64,000 bases of DNA from Lepidodermella squamata (lineage: Eukaryota; Animalia; Gastrotricha): assembly GCA_047495785.1 (NCBI GenBank), contig JBLDXI010000054.1:3968001-4032000 (forward strand), read 5' to 3'. Position numbers and translations under genes: made by a program. Of the stretch, positions 1-11,499 are shown piece after piece. Within the stretch, counting starts at the first letter, position 1. Every line of letters begins with the position of its first letter. The notes under the pieces are model-generated. The model saw nothing but the letters and a program-made list of their open reading frames with translations, was not told the origin of the DNA and ran no database searches.

Positions 1-845
1 GTGAACATTTTTGCAGTATTTTTCTTCATTGAATTCGCGCTGAAATATCTGAGCCAGCAGGTTGATGCCAAGCTTAGCCATTCCGAAACCGTAAATATCG
101 CCCAGGAAATAGTCGTTGGCAACTATTTTAACGGCTGAGTCGGCCAACCAGTCATTTTCAAGCTCAGGTAAACCAGCATCGAGGAGGGATTTTTCGAATT
201 GTAGGACATCCTCCAAGCTCAAGCAACCCTTCAAGGTCTCCTGAACAGCTGGTCTGGAGTTCATGAATGCGAGCTGGGCAAAGCGGCTGGAAACCATGAT
301 AACTAAACATTTCGGAAAAAAAATTAAGGCATCGCTTTGCAATGAGAAAAATGTGTACCCTTGGAGTCATCACCCATTAAAGGGAACAACTCCGTGCAGA
401 AAGTTGCCGTGTCCACAAAGTTTCGCTGGATAGCGTCGCGAAATGACTGCCGATCGAAGCAAAACGGTTCTTTGGCACTCGGCCGCGGCCAAGTTTCGTC
501 GTCATAGTTGTTAACGATTAGCGTTGAAATGACACGCGTGTGTTCTCGCTGAATTAGCTCGCGCAGGTGCCAGATTGATTCGAAAGAGGAGATGTCAAGC
601 TGGCAAAATCGAACCCTATCGCCATAGGCTGATCTCAAAACTTCAACCGAATCAGCGCCAGCTTCGCTACGGCTGGTCAGGAAGACTACACAATTCTCAA
701 GCTGCTTGAGGATCGACTCTGCTACAGCATAACTGTTTTGAAGTGAAAATTAACCTCGATCGGTATAGATCAACAGGCTATTAATTTACCCAACGCTGCC
801 TGAGATAGCAGCTTCGGTGATCACAGCAACAGACCCTTCTTCCAT
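1..845 (-). CDS. CBR1-like short-chain dehydrogenase/reductase paralogue 1, degenerate motifs; 3' end runs off the window
   Basis: Spliced model MEEGSVAVITEAAISGSVG|YAVAESILKQ..VFLTSR..FCQLDI..LIVNNYD..ELFPLMGDDSK|VIMVSSRFAQLAF..IYGFGMAKLGINL..KNVH, with two short GT-AG introns. Aligns by eye to the two other SDRs in the window. Confidence 0.85.
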
Positions 846-1001
846 TTTTCGGATTTCGAAATAACTTTTTTATCGAAATTTCTAATTAGACATCAGTCTC
901 GTCATGACAAATTCATGACGCAATTGCTCGATTTTAAGACGCATGAGATTTGCTGTGTTGCTAAACCATACTCAACAATGCTTCGCAAAACGCGTTATGG
1001 G

Positions 1002-1036
1002 TATAAAAGCTATGGTTTGACGATTCCAGTTCATCA
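1002..1036 (+). promoter_or_regulatory. TATA box and probable initiator of SDR paralogue 2
   Basis: TATAAAA at 1002-1008, TCATCA about 30 nt downstream, ATG at 1092. Confidence 0.6.
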
Positions 1037-1091
1037 ACCTCTCAAGCCATTTCTAAATATCTTTCTCATTTAATAGAATTCGATCAGCAAA

Positions 1092-2404
1092 ATGGAGGTT
1101 CATATTTTAGCCTAATTTCTAAGTAACAATTTGCCTAAATCCATTTTCTATCCACAGACAATGCAAAAGATTATGCACCCCGCATCCCTGTTCCAAGGGG
1201 AGCGAGTCGTAGTCGTTACTGGCGCTGACAAGGGCATCGGCTACGCTGTCGTTAAGGGCATGCTCAAGTCGAACCCGAACTGGACCGTCTACCTGACTTC
1301 TCGCGATATCAACCGAGGCCAGGCGGCAGTGAAGCGCGTGCACGACGAAATTACTCTGACGGCCAAGTACCACCAGCTCGACATTGATGACTTGGACAGC
1401 ATTCGCCGATTCCGCGACCACATCCGCGAGAACCACAAGAACGGCATCCACATCCTGGTTAACAACGCCGGAATCTACCCTGACGTTCATTCTCACGAGT
1501 CGTCGTCCAAGTCGTCGTCTGGCCTGTCGTCGTCGACGAAGAGCGAGTCGATGCGCCAAACCGAGGGCCACGCCGAGCAGGAGGTGCGCGAAGCCGGCTC
1601 GGAGACTGGTGGCAGCCGTCGTGTCGAAGAAGAACGCGGCGAGCGGCGTTCTGAGGGCCTGCGCAGCGAGGACGTGAAAGGCGAGCGTCGCAGCGAGAAA
1701 GAAGGCGACAAGAAGAAGGAAGAGGTGAAGTTCCGCTACGACCGCGAAGCCTTCAAGGCCATCATCAAGAACAACTACTTCAGCACGCTGCAGGTGTGCC
1801 AGGAGCTGTTCCCGCTGCTCGGTGACAACTCGAGCGTCATCTTCGTCGGCTCCCGCATGGCCAACTTGGCTTTCATGTCGACCAAGGAGGACAAGCAGAT
1901 GCTGCTCCGCGGTTGTACCCGCGTCGAAGACTGCTCTAAGGTAGGTTAAATTATATCTGATCTGTTTCAATGACTATCATATTTTTCCAGCTTATGGAGC
2001 AACTGATGAACAGCGACCCGGACAAGCTTTACAACCCGGAGGACAAGAAAGACAACCAGGCGTGGCTTACCAAGTCGCCCGACACAGAGCTGATCCCGAA
2101 CTACCAACTGGGTGCTATTTACCCGTGGGCGATGGCCAAGCTCGGCCTGGCCATCATCTGCCGCCTGTACCAGCTGCAATTCGATGCCGAGAAGGAAGGG
2201 CAGAACGTGCACGTCGTCACCTGCTGCCCAGGCCTTGTCAAGACCGACCTGAACCCGCTTGGCGTTCGCACCCCCGAGCAAGGCGCCGACACCATCATCT
2301 GGTGCGCCGAACAGCCAAAGGACACGGAAATTCGCGGCGTTGTCTGCGGTGACCGCAAGATGCTGGACCCTTTCGTTCTGCCCGAAGGCTCGACTGTCTT
2401 CTGA
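1092..2404 (+). CDS. CBR1-like SDR paralogue 2 with ~80 aa Ser/charged insertion and Trp at the catalytic Tyr position
   Basis: Exons 1092-1097, 1158-1940, 1991-2404. Motifs VVTGADKGIG, YLTSRD, HQLDIDD, LVNNAGI, CCPGLVKTDL, TPEQGADT. Strongly C/G-ending codons. Confidence 0.92.
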
Positions 2405-2619
2405 TAACCTGTCAGCCTGCCTTGAATGACTTATTTGATTCAGTTCAAAACTGGACTTATTCTCAGCCTTTTTGAATACGTGATGGCAATTGTTCATCTG
2501 AATTTTTCATTGCTATTGATACTACGACATCTAATGTCCCATCAGCTAATTTTTGAGAATAACGCAATATATTCACCTGCTTCGAATATGCTTGCTTATC
2601 AATAATAAACTTGATAATG

Positions 2620-3053
2620 GTATTTTATGTCGCTTTTTTTATGCGAAGTACCTAATAACACCGAACCAGGAAAAATAGCGCAGCTGATCACTGATCACCA
2701 ATATAAAGTTCATAATTTCTACTTTCGGTTGTTTTCTCGCAGTTCTCAATAAAAAAAGCCGTTAATATTGCTTCTGATAGCCATCACAGATCAGATCAAA
2801 TCCAGTAGGAATATGAAGATATTAGCACACCTGAGCTACTTCAGCTCGACCTCTCCCCCTAATTTTTCCGACAGTGTTACGAGAAGTCAGCAGCTACAAA
2901 TAGTATAATAGGTATATTTATTTTTAGTATTCATCATCTTCCTTAAGCGGAGCTTTTATACTCCAATCGCAAGTTGTAAAATATAAGTCTGGTATGCACA
3001 GGGAAGCCATTTGCTTAGCAACCGGTAGACCTAATTTTTGCGTGGCAGAGAGG
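2620..3053. repeat. Direct repeat copy A (non-coding)
   Basis: Near-identical to 14980-15563, e.g. ACTTTCGGTTGTTTTCTCGCAGTTCTCAATAAAAAAAGCC and GGTATGCACAGGGAAGCCATTTGCTTAGCAACCGGTAGACC. Both copies end at GGCAGAGAGG. Confidence 0.95.
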
Positions 3054-3462
3054 TTTAGTTTGGAAACGGGAGTCAGCTGGCGAATCACTTGTTTGATGCT
3101 AAAAAAAGAACGCATCCAACGAATCGACTCCACAGATCTCACATACTTAAGGATGAGGAAACAACACAGAAGCTCAGTTTCGAATAAAAATATCCAACCC
3201 TTGGAGAAGCAATGCTCTCTATTACTCAAAGCTCCGATTTCAAGGTGTTGCTCGGCGTCTTTATATTGTTAATTAATTGCAATGCTTGAACGGCGTTTGA
3301 AAATGCAACATCAACTTATTGATTTATTTTGCAATGCTATGTGCAAAGAAATAGCGAACGAAATCGAACTGTCTTGTTCAGCAAGCGAGGCTGACTCTCG
3401 ATTTTTCTATATCATAGTCTACGGTCTATGGTGTGGCACGGTTCATCGTTTGTGATTTGCTG

Positions 3463-4827
3463 CTATTTAAGCGCATCACTGAGAGCGCTCAACAGAACAA
3501 GTTTAGCCAACTGCAAAAAAGATGCATCTTAAATCTTTTCGCAAAATTTGACATTCTTAATTATGCGTATAGCCAGCGAAAACCCAGCGGTGTTGGCTCA
3601 TACAAATGCGCATATAAACTTACCATGCTGCTGACGTCATCCGAATCGCCGGCTGCAGCGCGTCCGCGTCCAATGGCGTTCAGGGCGGTGATCGATGTCG
3701 ATGATTGACGCTTCTCACCCAGTTTCGGCAGATGCTCCTTGTAGTATCGCCACAACACTTCAGGGGCTTTACATTTCAAATCAACCTGATAACATTTCAG
3801 CAACAGTCAACCATAATGAATGTTTACAATAGACTCACAGCGCCTCCCGAACCAAGTCTGTAGACATTGGCGGATCCACCTGTCCAACGAACACGCACTG
3901 AGTCACGCGACGTATCCACACTGTCGTTGAATTTCGTTACAACTCCCGACTTGCCAGAACCACCGTCTTGATCACCGTACTTCCAATCCCTGCCTCGCGT
4001 AACCACGGCACCAGGAGTTATTCCCATCTGGCAAAACAACCCCAAAAAAGTTCTCAATATATATAAAACATAAGGAAGACATGAAGGGTACCTATATGGG
4101 CTTAAATCAGCCTGAAGCCGAATATAAACCCATATAACCTGAATGGCTTCCGTTTATGTGCGTTATCCGGGTCGTATCGTAACGTTTTCAGGGTTACTAA
4201 TATTCTAAGTTGTCCGACTAAGTTGTCCGACTTGGCTCGATTTTGCGATACGATCCGGATAAAAAACCCCTTGTATAAAAATCTAGCTGCATTTTACCGA
4301 ATTTTTGCGAAAGTGTAAAGCTCGCGGCTTTTGAAGTTCCGGGCTGGCACCTGGATAATCCACCCGCACAAAAGGATGCTCCAAGTCGTGTTTATTACCA
4401 TGGTAGCATTCCGAGCACAAATCATACGTCTGTTCCTTGCCGTTGCTGCAAGGTGCACAAATCCAACGGGCGCCCCAAATCGGCCGCGTACTACAGCCGT
4501 CACAGTGAATGCCAGATCCTGTGTCGCAGTAAAAGTCAATTGGTTTTGACATACCTATGGCAAATAATTCTACGATGTTATACCATGCTTGATCTGAGCC
4601 GGACCACTGTCCAGGATTAGCAGATCGAAGCCCCCGACTAAAGCTGAACTGCGATAGTTGGCTGTCTCGCCGCTCTGATCCCAGTGTACGATGGCAACTT
4701 TGCCATTATCTTTAAAGCAAAGCACCGTACCAATGTTTCCTTCTCCGCCATCCTGATTGCCCCATTTCCAGTCGTCGCTACGAACGACTCTCGCTCCAAC
4801 TTCAGGCCAGTGACGTTCTTCCGTCAT
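3463..4827 (-). CDS. Stand-alone Mind-bomb MZM protein 1 (Mib-herc2, ZZ zinc finger, Mib-herc2; no ankyrin or RING)
   Basis: Five exons: [25 protein letters not shown]; [27 protein letters not shown]; [18 protein letters not shown]; [15 protein letters not shown]; last exon [15 protein letters not shown]. Confidence 0.88.
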
Positions 4828-5409
4828 CTCGTACGTGGCTGTCCTTAGATTTTGTCTTCAAGCCGAAAATTACAAGTAGCTACACAGGGGCGAATGCAAT
4901 GCGGCACGACTGCAGTAGCGACCTTATCGCTGTTACGGCTGACCCCTGAGGTACTTGTCAACAATAGATAGGTAGCTGTTTTTTCCAAGGAATTTGCAAT
5001 ATCAATTGAAACACAGCTAAAAATGAAAACTTCCTTATCCGAGAAGAGATCAGTCAAGAAATATGTTAGTTTTACTGTAATACATTTAGAAACGCGTTAA
5101 CACCCCCTTTTTACAAGTCGCACCACGGCAGATTAGAAGCATTATTTTTTTGCGCGGCTGTGTAAATATCACTAAAAATAGCTATGAATTTCTGAAGGGC
5201 AAATGCCAAAGAGTATCTGCAGCAGAGTTGAATTTGTTAAGAGACATGCATACCTTCGCTTATCTCCGGAACATTTTCCAAGAGAAATTTATATTTTATC
5301 TATGACAGTTGATATCTCTCGTCCATCCACCCGCGCCTTCACGCATGCGCACTTGCCATTTTTTAATTGCTGTCATTTTGTTCCAGTAAAATCCGCACTA
5401 TTATCTAGT

Positions 5410-6723
5410 ATGGAGCAACACGCTGCTGCCGTTGTCGCAGTTGCTGGAGAAGCAGAAGCTGAAGCAGAACAACAAGAAGTTGAAGAAGAGGGTCATGATG
5501 ATGCCGATGATGATCCGGAATCACATCTACCGGAGGCTATGATGGCACCCGATGCTGATTTTTACGAAGTTCTCGGTGTTACGAAAGATGCATCAGATAG
5601 CGAGATTAAGAAGGCATACCGGCGCAAGGCCCTGGTTTGGCACCCTGATAAAAATGTGCGGTGTAAAGACCTGGCCGAGACGCAGTTCAAGCAAATCGCC
5701 GAAGCATACGAAGTGTTATCAGATCCTGAGAAACGGCGTCTCTATGATCGATACGGTCGTGATGGTCTAAGGGAATTCCAAGGGGGATATGGGGGCGCAA
5801 GTGACAACTTCGATTCTAGGTCCTCGTCGACACTGTACCAAATGTTCGAGACTTTGCTGCGAAAATCCTACGGTGGTTCGAATTTCCGACAAACGTTTTA
5901 CTACTTCAGAGTTGATCCTAATGAAGTTTTTCGTCGATTTTTTGGCGGATCCGATCCGAACAATTACGAAACGGACGACGATAAACGTAATAAAAGTAGC
6001 GGGGATTTCAGACACGGTGCCAACAAGCAGGGGCCTTATAGGCAACACAAGTCGCATAACTGGAGGAGTTCAGATACGCCGAACAATTTCTACCACAGCC
6101 ATGACTATGAAGAGGATCCACATCACTTACACGCAGCTGCCAATGATGGCTTGAACGACATCAAACAATCTAAAACAAGCAGTAGTTTCAATTACCCGCA
6201 AAGCCCGAAATTGCCTAGGGCAAAATACACCACGCCTGCATCTAGCATGGGAGCGAACAAGCAAAAACTACCACAAGCCAAAGATGGAAATTACCAAGAT
6301 TATGAAATAAACGACTTTGGAACTTATAGAAATGATGCAAATAATAGTAATCGTTATCCTTCTCATGCCTACGAGAGCAGGCGGGTTTCATATTACGACA
6401 GTACTCCAGAAGATACCAACCCTACTTCGCAATCCTCCCTTCCCCCCTACCCCACGCATCAGGGCCGCTTCGGCTACGAGTTTGACCGGTATGGAGGAGG
6501 CGCTAGAGTTCCACGTCACTTACCACCGGTAGCTGCAATCCGCTACCCATGTGCCGGCTGTCCAAATTGCAGGCAGTGGCGGAGAGAAGCGGACGGCATC
6601 TCAAATTTAGCAGGTATGAATAACCGTGAAAATTTGAATGCCGTTGAACAAATCAATTTCACTTTCCAGCCTCGCTCCGCTATGCCGATCGTTCTCAGCG
6701 ATATTAATGTTCCCATAATGTAA
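5410..6723 (+). CDS. DNAJB6/DNAJB2-like class B J-domain protein with acidic N-terminal extension and low-complexity C-terminus
   Basis: J domain [49 protein letters not shown], then [18 protein letters not shown] typical of the DNAJB6 group. A possible intron at 6614-6669 would move the stop to 6707. Confidence 0.88.
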   Translation: MEQHAAAVVAVAGEAEAEAEQQEVEEEGHDDADDDPESHLPEAMMAPDADFYEVLGVTKDASDSEIKKAYRRKALVWHPDKNVRCKDLAETQFKQIAEAYEVLSDPEKRRLYDRYGRDGLREFQGGYGGASDNFDSRSSSTLYQMFETLLRKSYGGSNFRQTFYYFRVDPNEVFRRFFGGSDPNNYETDDDKRNKSSGDFRHGANKQGPYRQHKSHNWRSSDTPNNFYHSHDYEEDPHHLHAAANDGLNDIKQSKTSSSFNYPQSPKLPRAKYTTPASSMGANKQKLPQAKDGNYQDYEINDFGTYRNDANNSNRYPSHAYESRRVSYYDSTPEDTNPTSQSSLPPYPTHQGRFGYEFDRYGGGARVPRHLPPVAAIRYPCAGCPNCRQWRREADGISNLAGMNNRENLNAVEQINFTFQPRSAMPIVLSDINVPIM

Positions 6724-6873
6724 CCATAGTGTAACTAACCTTGTGAAAGCTTTGCTATCTAGCCATACATACGCTATTGCTTGCCATCAAAGGCCCATGA
6801 TTGGTGACTGCCCATTATCTGTTTGATTTAATCTACGCAGTTAATGATCCTTGTAGGCTTATTCTTTAAGGCA

Positions 6874-8877
6874 ATGACTGATATTACGTCGACGTCGCAC
6901 TACACGAGGCAAGGCCAGCTTGGAGCTGGCTCATTTGGCACAGTCAGTAAAATTGTGCGTTCGACAGATCAATCCGTCTACGCGGAAAAAGTGATCAAGG
7001 TTAAGAGTTCGTCCATCTTCTCTCGTCAATCAGTTGCAGTTTCCTTAACAAAAGCTCAGCAAGAGGTTAATTGACCTTCAGCTGAAAAGATGCATTCATT
7101 ATTTCATGAATTGTGCTGTTTATATAGGTTAGCTTGCTGCACCAGTTGACACATCCGAACATCGTCCGAGTTTACAGTTCTTTCATCGGTAAGTTTCTTT
7201 TCGAACCGTAGACTTTCTTTAATCTAAGTCATTATATTTTGTTCTCTATAAGATGATATGGGAAATTTCGTCATAATAATGGAGTTTTGTGAGGAAGGCG
7301 ATATGAATGACATCATTGCCGAGCGCCGAACAGCCGAATCGCCGTTTCCTGAAAAACAAATCAGGCTCTGGCTGCATTGCCTTGCTCATGCTGTCCATTA
7401 TTTGCATGGCAGAAGTATTTTGCACCGAGATATAAAACCCAAGGTTTGAGAAGCTTCTTTTAGTTTTTGCAGTATTCCTCTTTTTATCTGCCAAATGCAT
7501 TTCTTGCGCGAATTTTTCTAATCACATTAAATTGAACTTTTAACTTTCGATCAGAAAACTAAAGTGTTGACTGTTGTTCACAGAACGTATTTCTTTCATT
7601 CGATCGAAATACTGCTAAACTTGGCGATTTCGGCATAGCAAAAGTATTGGATGAATGCAAGCCAGTGTGCAATACGGGAGAGGGCACTTGGGCATATTCG
7701 GCACCAGAAGTATTCAAATCAGATGGCTATAGTTTCAAGGTCGATGTTTGGAGCTTGGGCGTTCTGCTATATGAGTTGGTAACGTTTAAGTTGCCTTTCA
7801 GGGGTGGCAACCAGGCACTGCCCTTGCTAATCATGCACGAAAACTACCGTCCAATTGCCGATGGACTCTGTAGCCAGCCACTGTTGATTCTGATCGGGAG
7901 AATGCTGACTAAAGATGTAAACAAGCGTCCGACCATCCAGGAGGTGCTTGATGATCCTTTCTTAACCGTCGTGAAACAGTCACAAGAGAACAGCAGACCA
8001 GCAGCAGGTAGTGTAGTCGATGAGCGGCTGGGATTGCATTCTATTAAACGATCGCAGCACTTAACGCTCAATGAAAGACAAGTGGTGGCTGACATGATGC
8101 GGGAACAGGGCCTTTCATTTTCCGCATTGCTTGCATTGAGCGCCTCTGAAATAAGCGGAAAATTTCCACAAGATCTTGCATCAACTGTTGTTGCAATGGT
8201 GGAAAAGGAGAGGGCGGCCAGCGGTACGAGAAGTCAGCAGAGCTATCCAAGACTTACCCAGTCAAGTTCATCCAAACGAGTTAGTAATATTTACCTCCTT
8301 CGCTACTTCTCCAAGTGTAATCATGATTTTGTTTATTTCTTCGAAGCGTCGTGAGAACATGGAGGCGGTCAAGCAATCACTGGCTTTGCCGCCGAGCTAT
8401 CGCGAGATTGTGCTCGACGTAATGGATGATAAAGATTTGGGCTTGCAGGATTTGAGTCAATTGACCGAGGCGACTATTTCAGAACTGTTCCCGTCACCTC
8501 AGCTTAACAGTGCTGTGAGAAAGTTTGCTAGGGAGCTGCAGCAAAGAAATCCATCGAACGGCGAGCGGAGAAGCGAACCCAAAACTGAATCCAAGGTAGA
8601 AGCCGGTATTCCAAGCGTTAGCAAGAGCCATTGCAATTCGAAAGACGTCGCGATAGCGGCAACTGATGCTAAACGAGGATCAAGAGGATCAAGAGGATCC
8701 GTGGAGCCAGAGCCTGATGGAATTACTAACGACAACAGGCACTCTCGCGACAATGACGCCGACGATGGCGCTGATGTGAAGAGAAAACTCTTTGGCGGTG
8801 ACCGTGGAGCGTCTGCGCCATCTATTCGTATCAGGCCGATCAGTCGAACAGCTGAGACTACAGTGAACCAATTTTGA
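6874..8877 (+). CDS. NEK-family Ser/Thr kinase with two C-terminal SAM-like repeats
   Basis: Five exons. Motifs LGAGSFG, VYAEK, EVSLLHQLTHPNIV, IIMEFCEEGD, HRDIKPKNVFL, KLGDFGIAK, GTWAYSAPE, YSFKVDVWSLG. Confidence 0.9.
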
Positions 8878-9012
8878 CTAAAACTTTGCAAAATAGCTAA
8901 CGCTGATTTTTATTTGATATGCAGCCAATCAATTAACATTCCGTTGATACACTATATAATTGCTGGATGCTTATACTGATGACTCGATGTTAAAATTTTT
9001 AGATAATATTAA

Positions 9013-10168
9013 ATGCCGGCTAAAGAAACTCACTGGCCCGAGACCGGTTCGCGGGTAGTGCGCGGCCCATCCTGGAAATGGCAAGATCAAGATGGCGGTG
9101 AAGGTGGCGTCGGAACCATCTTATATTTTGAGAATAATGGCAAAACGGCTTACGTCTGCTGGGACATTTCCGGCGTGACAGGTAGTAATAATCATTTCGA
9201 CCACGCAATATTGTAATTATTTTTGATGATTTGATAGCTGATTATCGCTGCGGACCCGGTAACTACGATTTGCTGATTTTGGATAGCGCGCCTGCAGGTG
9301 TAAAGCATGACGACGTGCTATGTGACGGTTGCGGTCTTGACAACATCGTCGGCATCCGCTGGAAATGCAAAACCTGTTATGACCGGAATCCTGCTTCAAA
9401 CGGCTACGACTTGTGCTCTGAATGCTACCATGGTAATAGGCACGATTTGGATCATACTTTTTTTCGGATTGAACGTGAAGAAAGTGAACCGTAAGATATT
9501 TCCATTCTCAAGCCAAACTTATCTTCATCATGTGGATTGCTTCTACCATCAGATGCCAGCTGGAACCTCGATTAAAATATTACCGCAAACAAGCTAAAGG
9601 GATATTTCCAGGTTCTATTGTTTGTCGAGGACGTCACTGGAAATACGGAGATCAGGATGGGGGCAAAGGAAGAGCTGGTATTGTTCGCAAGTTGGTCGAC
9701 TGGTCCAAGTCTGAAAAAGGCTCTCGTAACGGTGTCATAGTCAAGTGGGCCAATGACATTTCCAACTGCTATCGCCTTGGCGCTGAATTCAGCTCGGATT
9801 TGGTCTCACCAAAGCCCGAAATTGGCATGCTCTATTACAATTCTCATTTGCCGAAATGCGGTAATGCTTTGCATACTTTGCGTACTATTAACACCAGCTG
9901 AAAAGTACTTTCGTACCTATCTCTTCTTCGTCATGCATCATAGGAGCCGCTCGAAATGGCGAGAATAGTAGCGATAGCTCGGTGGATGCTAGAACTGACC
10001 TTTTGGCTGAACTGGTTTGTCTTCTTACATGATTTAATAGTAGTCTAGAAGCTATAGATGGAAAACTTCTGCATGCTATTCTGATAGCATTACTCATTCA
10101 TTCCGCCTATATTTATATTTCAGTTTGCGAAGTTGCTAGTCGGAATGGCTCGCAATGAATCGGGCTAA
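9013..10168 (+). CDS. Stand-alone Mind-bomb MZM protein 2
   Basis: Five exons: [24 protein letters not shown]; [35 protein letters not shown]; [22 protein letters not shown]; [10 protein letters not shown]; last exon [14 protein letters not shown]. Confidence 0.88.
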
Positions 10169-10638
10169 GAAAACTCAAATACATACTGTGGAGTACCTTC
10201 CCACGCAGCATTTCCCATAGCTAAAATGACGTTGGCCGGACTATCATCATCCATCGTTGCCTAAAACAAATTTTTAATGAAGCAATGCAGTACTCGTGCG
10301 TCAAAAAGTGTTATTTCTGTTTCAACTGCTTCGTTTTTCGTTCCAATTGGGCAATTTATGATTTCTCACTAGGAATCAATCGGTGTTCTCGGCTCTCTTT
10401 AACTTCATCTATATTCTATTTTCCGTTTTTCTCTTTCAGCTATCTCTTTCAGCGAACGGCTATGGAATTTGTCGAAAAAAATGAAAATCTGAAAACTCTT
10501 GTTAATGGGTAAATAACCGGCAAAGAAATCAGGTTTATTGGGATTTCTCAATGAACTGGTAGAGAAGGACCACGAGGTATACAATACTTCTCCAGAGAAC
10601 AGCAGACAAGTCACTAGCATTTTACGTACACAGAGTTA

Positions 10639-10745
10639 ATCGGCGGGCCAATAAATTTTGTTTGATAAGGCTAATCGATAAGGCTTAGAACGCTCAAATG
10701 ATCACACAATGTAGCCTTATCAAACAAAATTTATTGGCCCCCGAT
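10639..10745. repeat. Small hairpin / MITE-like element
   Basis: 34-35 bp inverted arms ATCGG(C)GGGCCAATAAATTTTGTTTGATAAGGCTA at 10639-10673 and 10712-10745, differing by one indel. Confidence 0.75.
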
Positions 10746-10934
10746 ACTTCATAAGTTAAAAGTCCAAATTTGAAAATTGATTTCTTAAACCTACTTATTG
10801 TCGCGGAAGCTCTTAGTACCCTCCCGATTTTAGCGCAACAGCTCAATAAATTAAAAACATTCGTTTGTTATTTTAAAGTTTACCTATTTGGTGACTCGGG
10901 AGGTGAGATCGAAGTTTTTTGAAGTCAATGGGTT

Positions 10935-11499
10935 GAACGCGCGGAAATGTGCCAATTGCGATGGTCCGCACTCTGCCAACTACGGAGGCTGCAAATCCGT
11001 TCAAGCCGCAGTCAAACGAGATGAACAGCGCCTGCAAGCGAAAATCGAGAAAGCACAGGGCAGAAGGGAATCAAACGCTCCGCCAGGCACGTCAAAGGAT
11101 AAGCCACAGCCGGTTTTCAAGCCAGCACCTCAGCCATCGGGCCTTGCTTGGCAAGGTCAACTCAAAAGCATCATCGAAAACGACAACCTCATCGAAAAGC
11201 TGGCCTGCAAACTGGCGCCAATCGTGGCCGAAAAAGCACGGAACGAGCTGCTCGGCAATTTGCATTCCACTCTCCAGACGCTATCCGACTCTGTAGCCCG
11301 CCTAGAAGCCAGGCTAAAGAATCTAGAGGACTCCATCACTGGAAAGAAATTGACGAAGACCACCTCATCGTCGCAGTTAGCTGTAGGTAACAGCGACTAC
11401 TGGTATGAACCACCCATTGCCGGGACGTCGTCTCGCGGAAACAATCGCGGTGCCAGAGGCAGCAACACTGGTCCGAAAACCTCTCGTAAACTATCATGA
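10935..11499 (+). CDS. LINE ORF1 (Gag-like) C-terminal fragment
   Basis: KCANCDGPHSANYGGC knuckle and a coiled coil. Its stop overlaps the ORF2 start (ATGA). Confidence 0.75.

Noticed and set aside
1119-2497. Long antisense ORFs over SDR2 (283 and 176 aa)
   Set aside because: Shadow frames caused by strong codon bias of the sense gene; no motifs.
5203-5409. N-terminal 69 codons of the 506 aa DnaJ ORF
   Set aside because: Looks like intron/outron sequence ending in TTTTGTTCCAG; the ATG at 5410 is more plausible.
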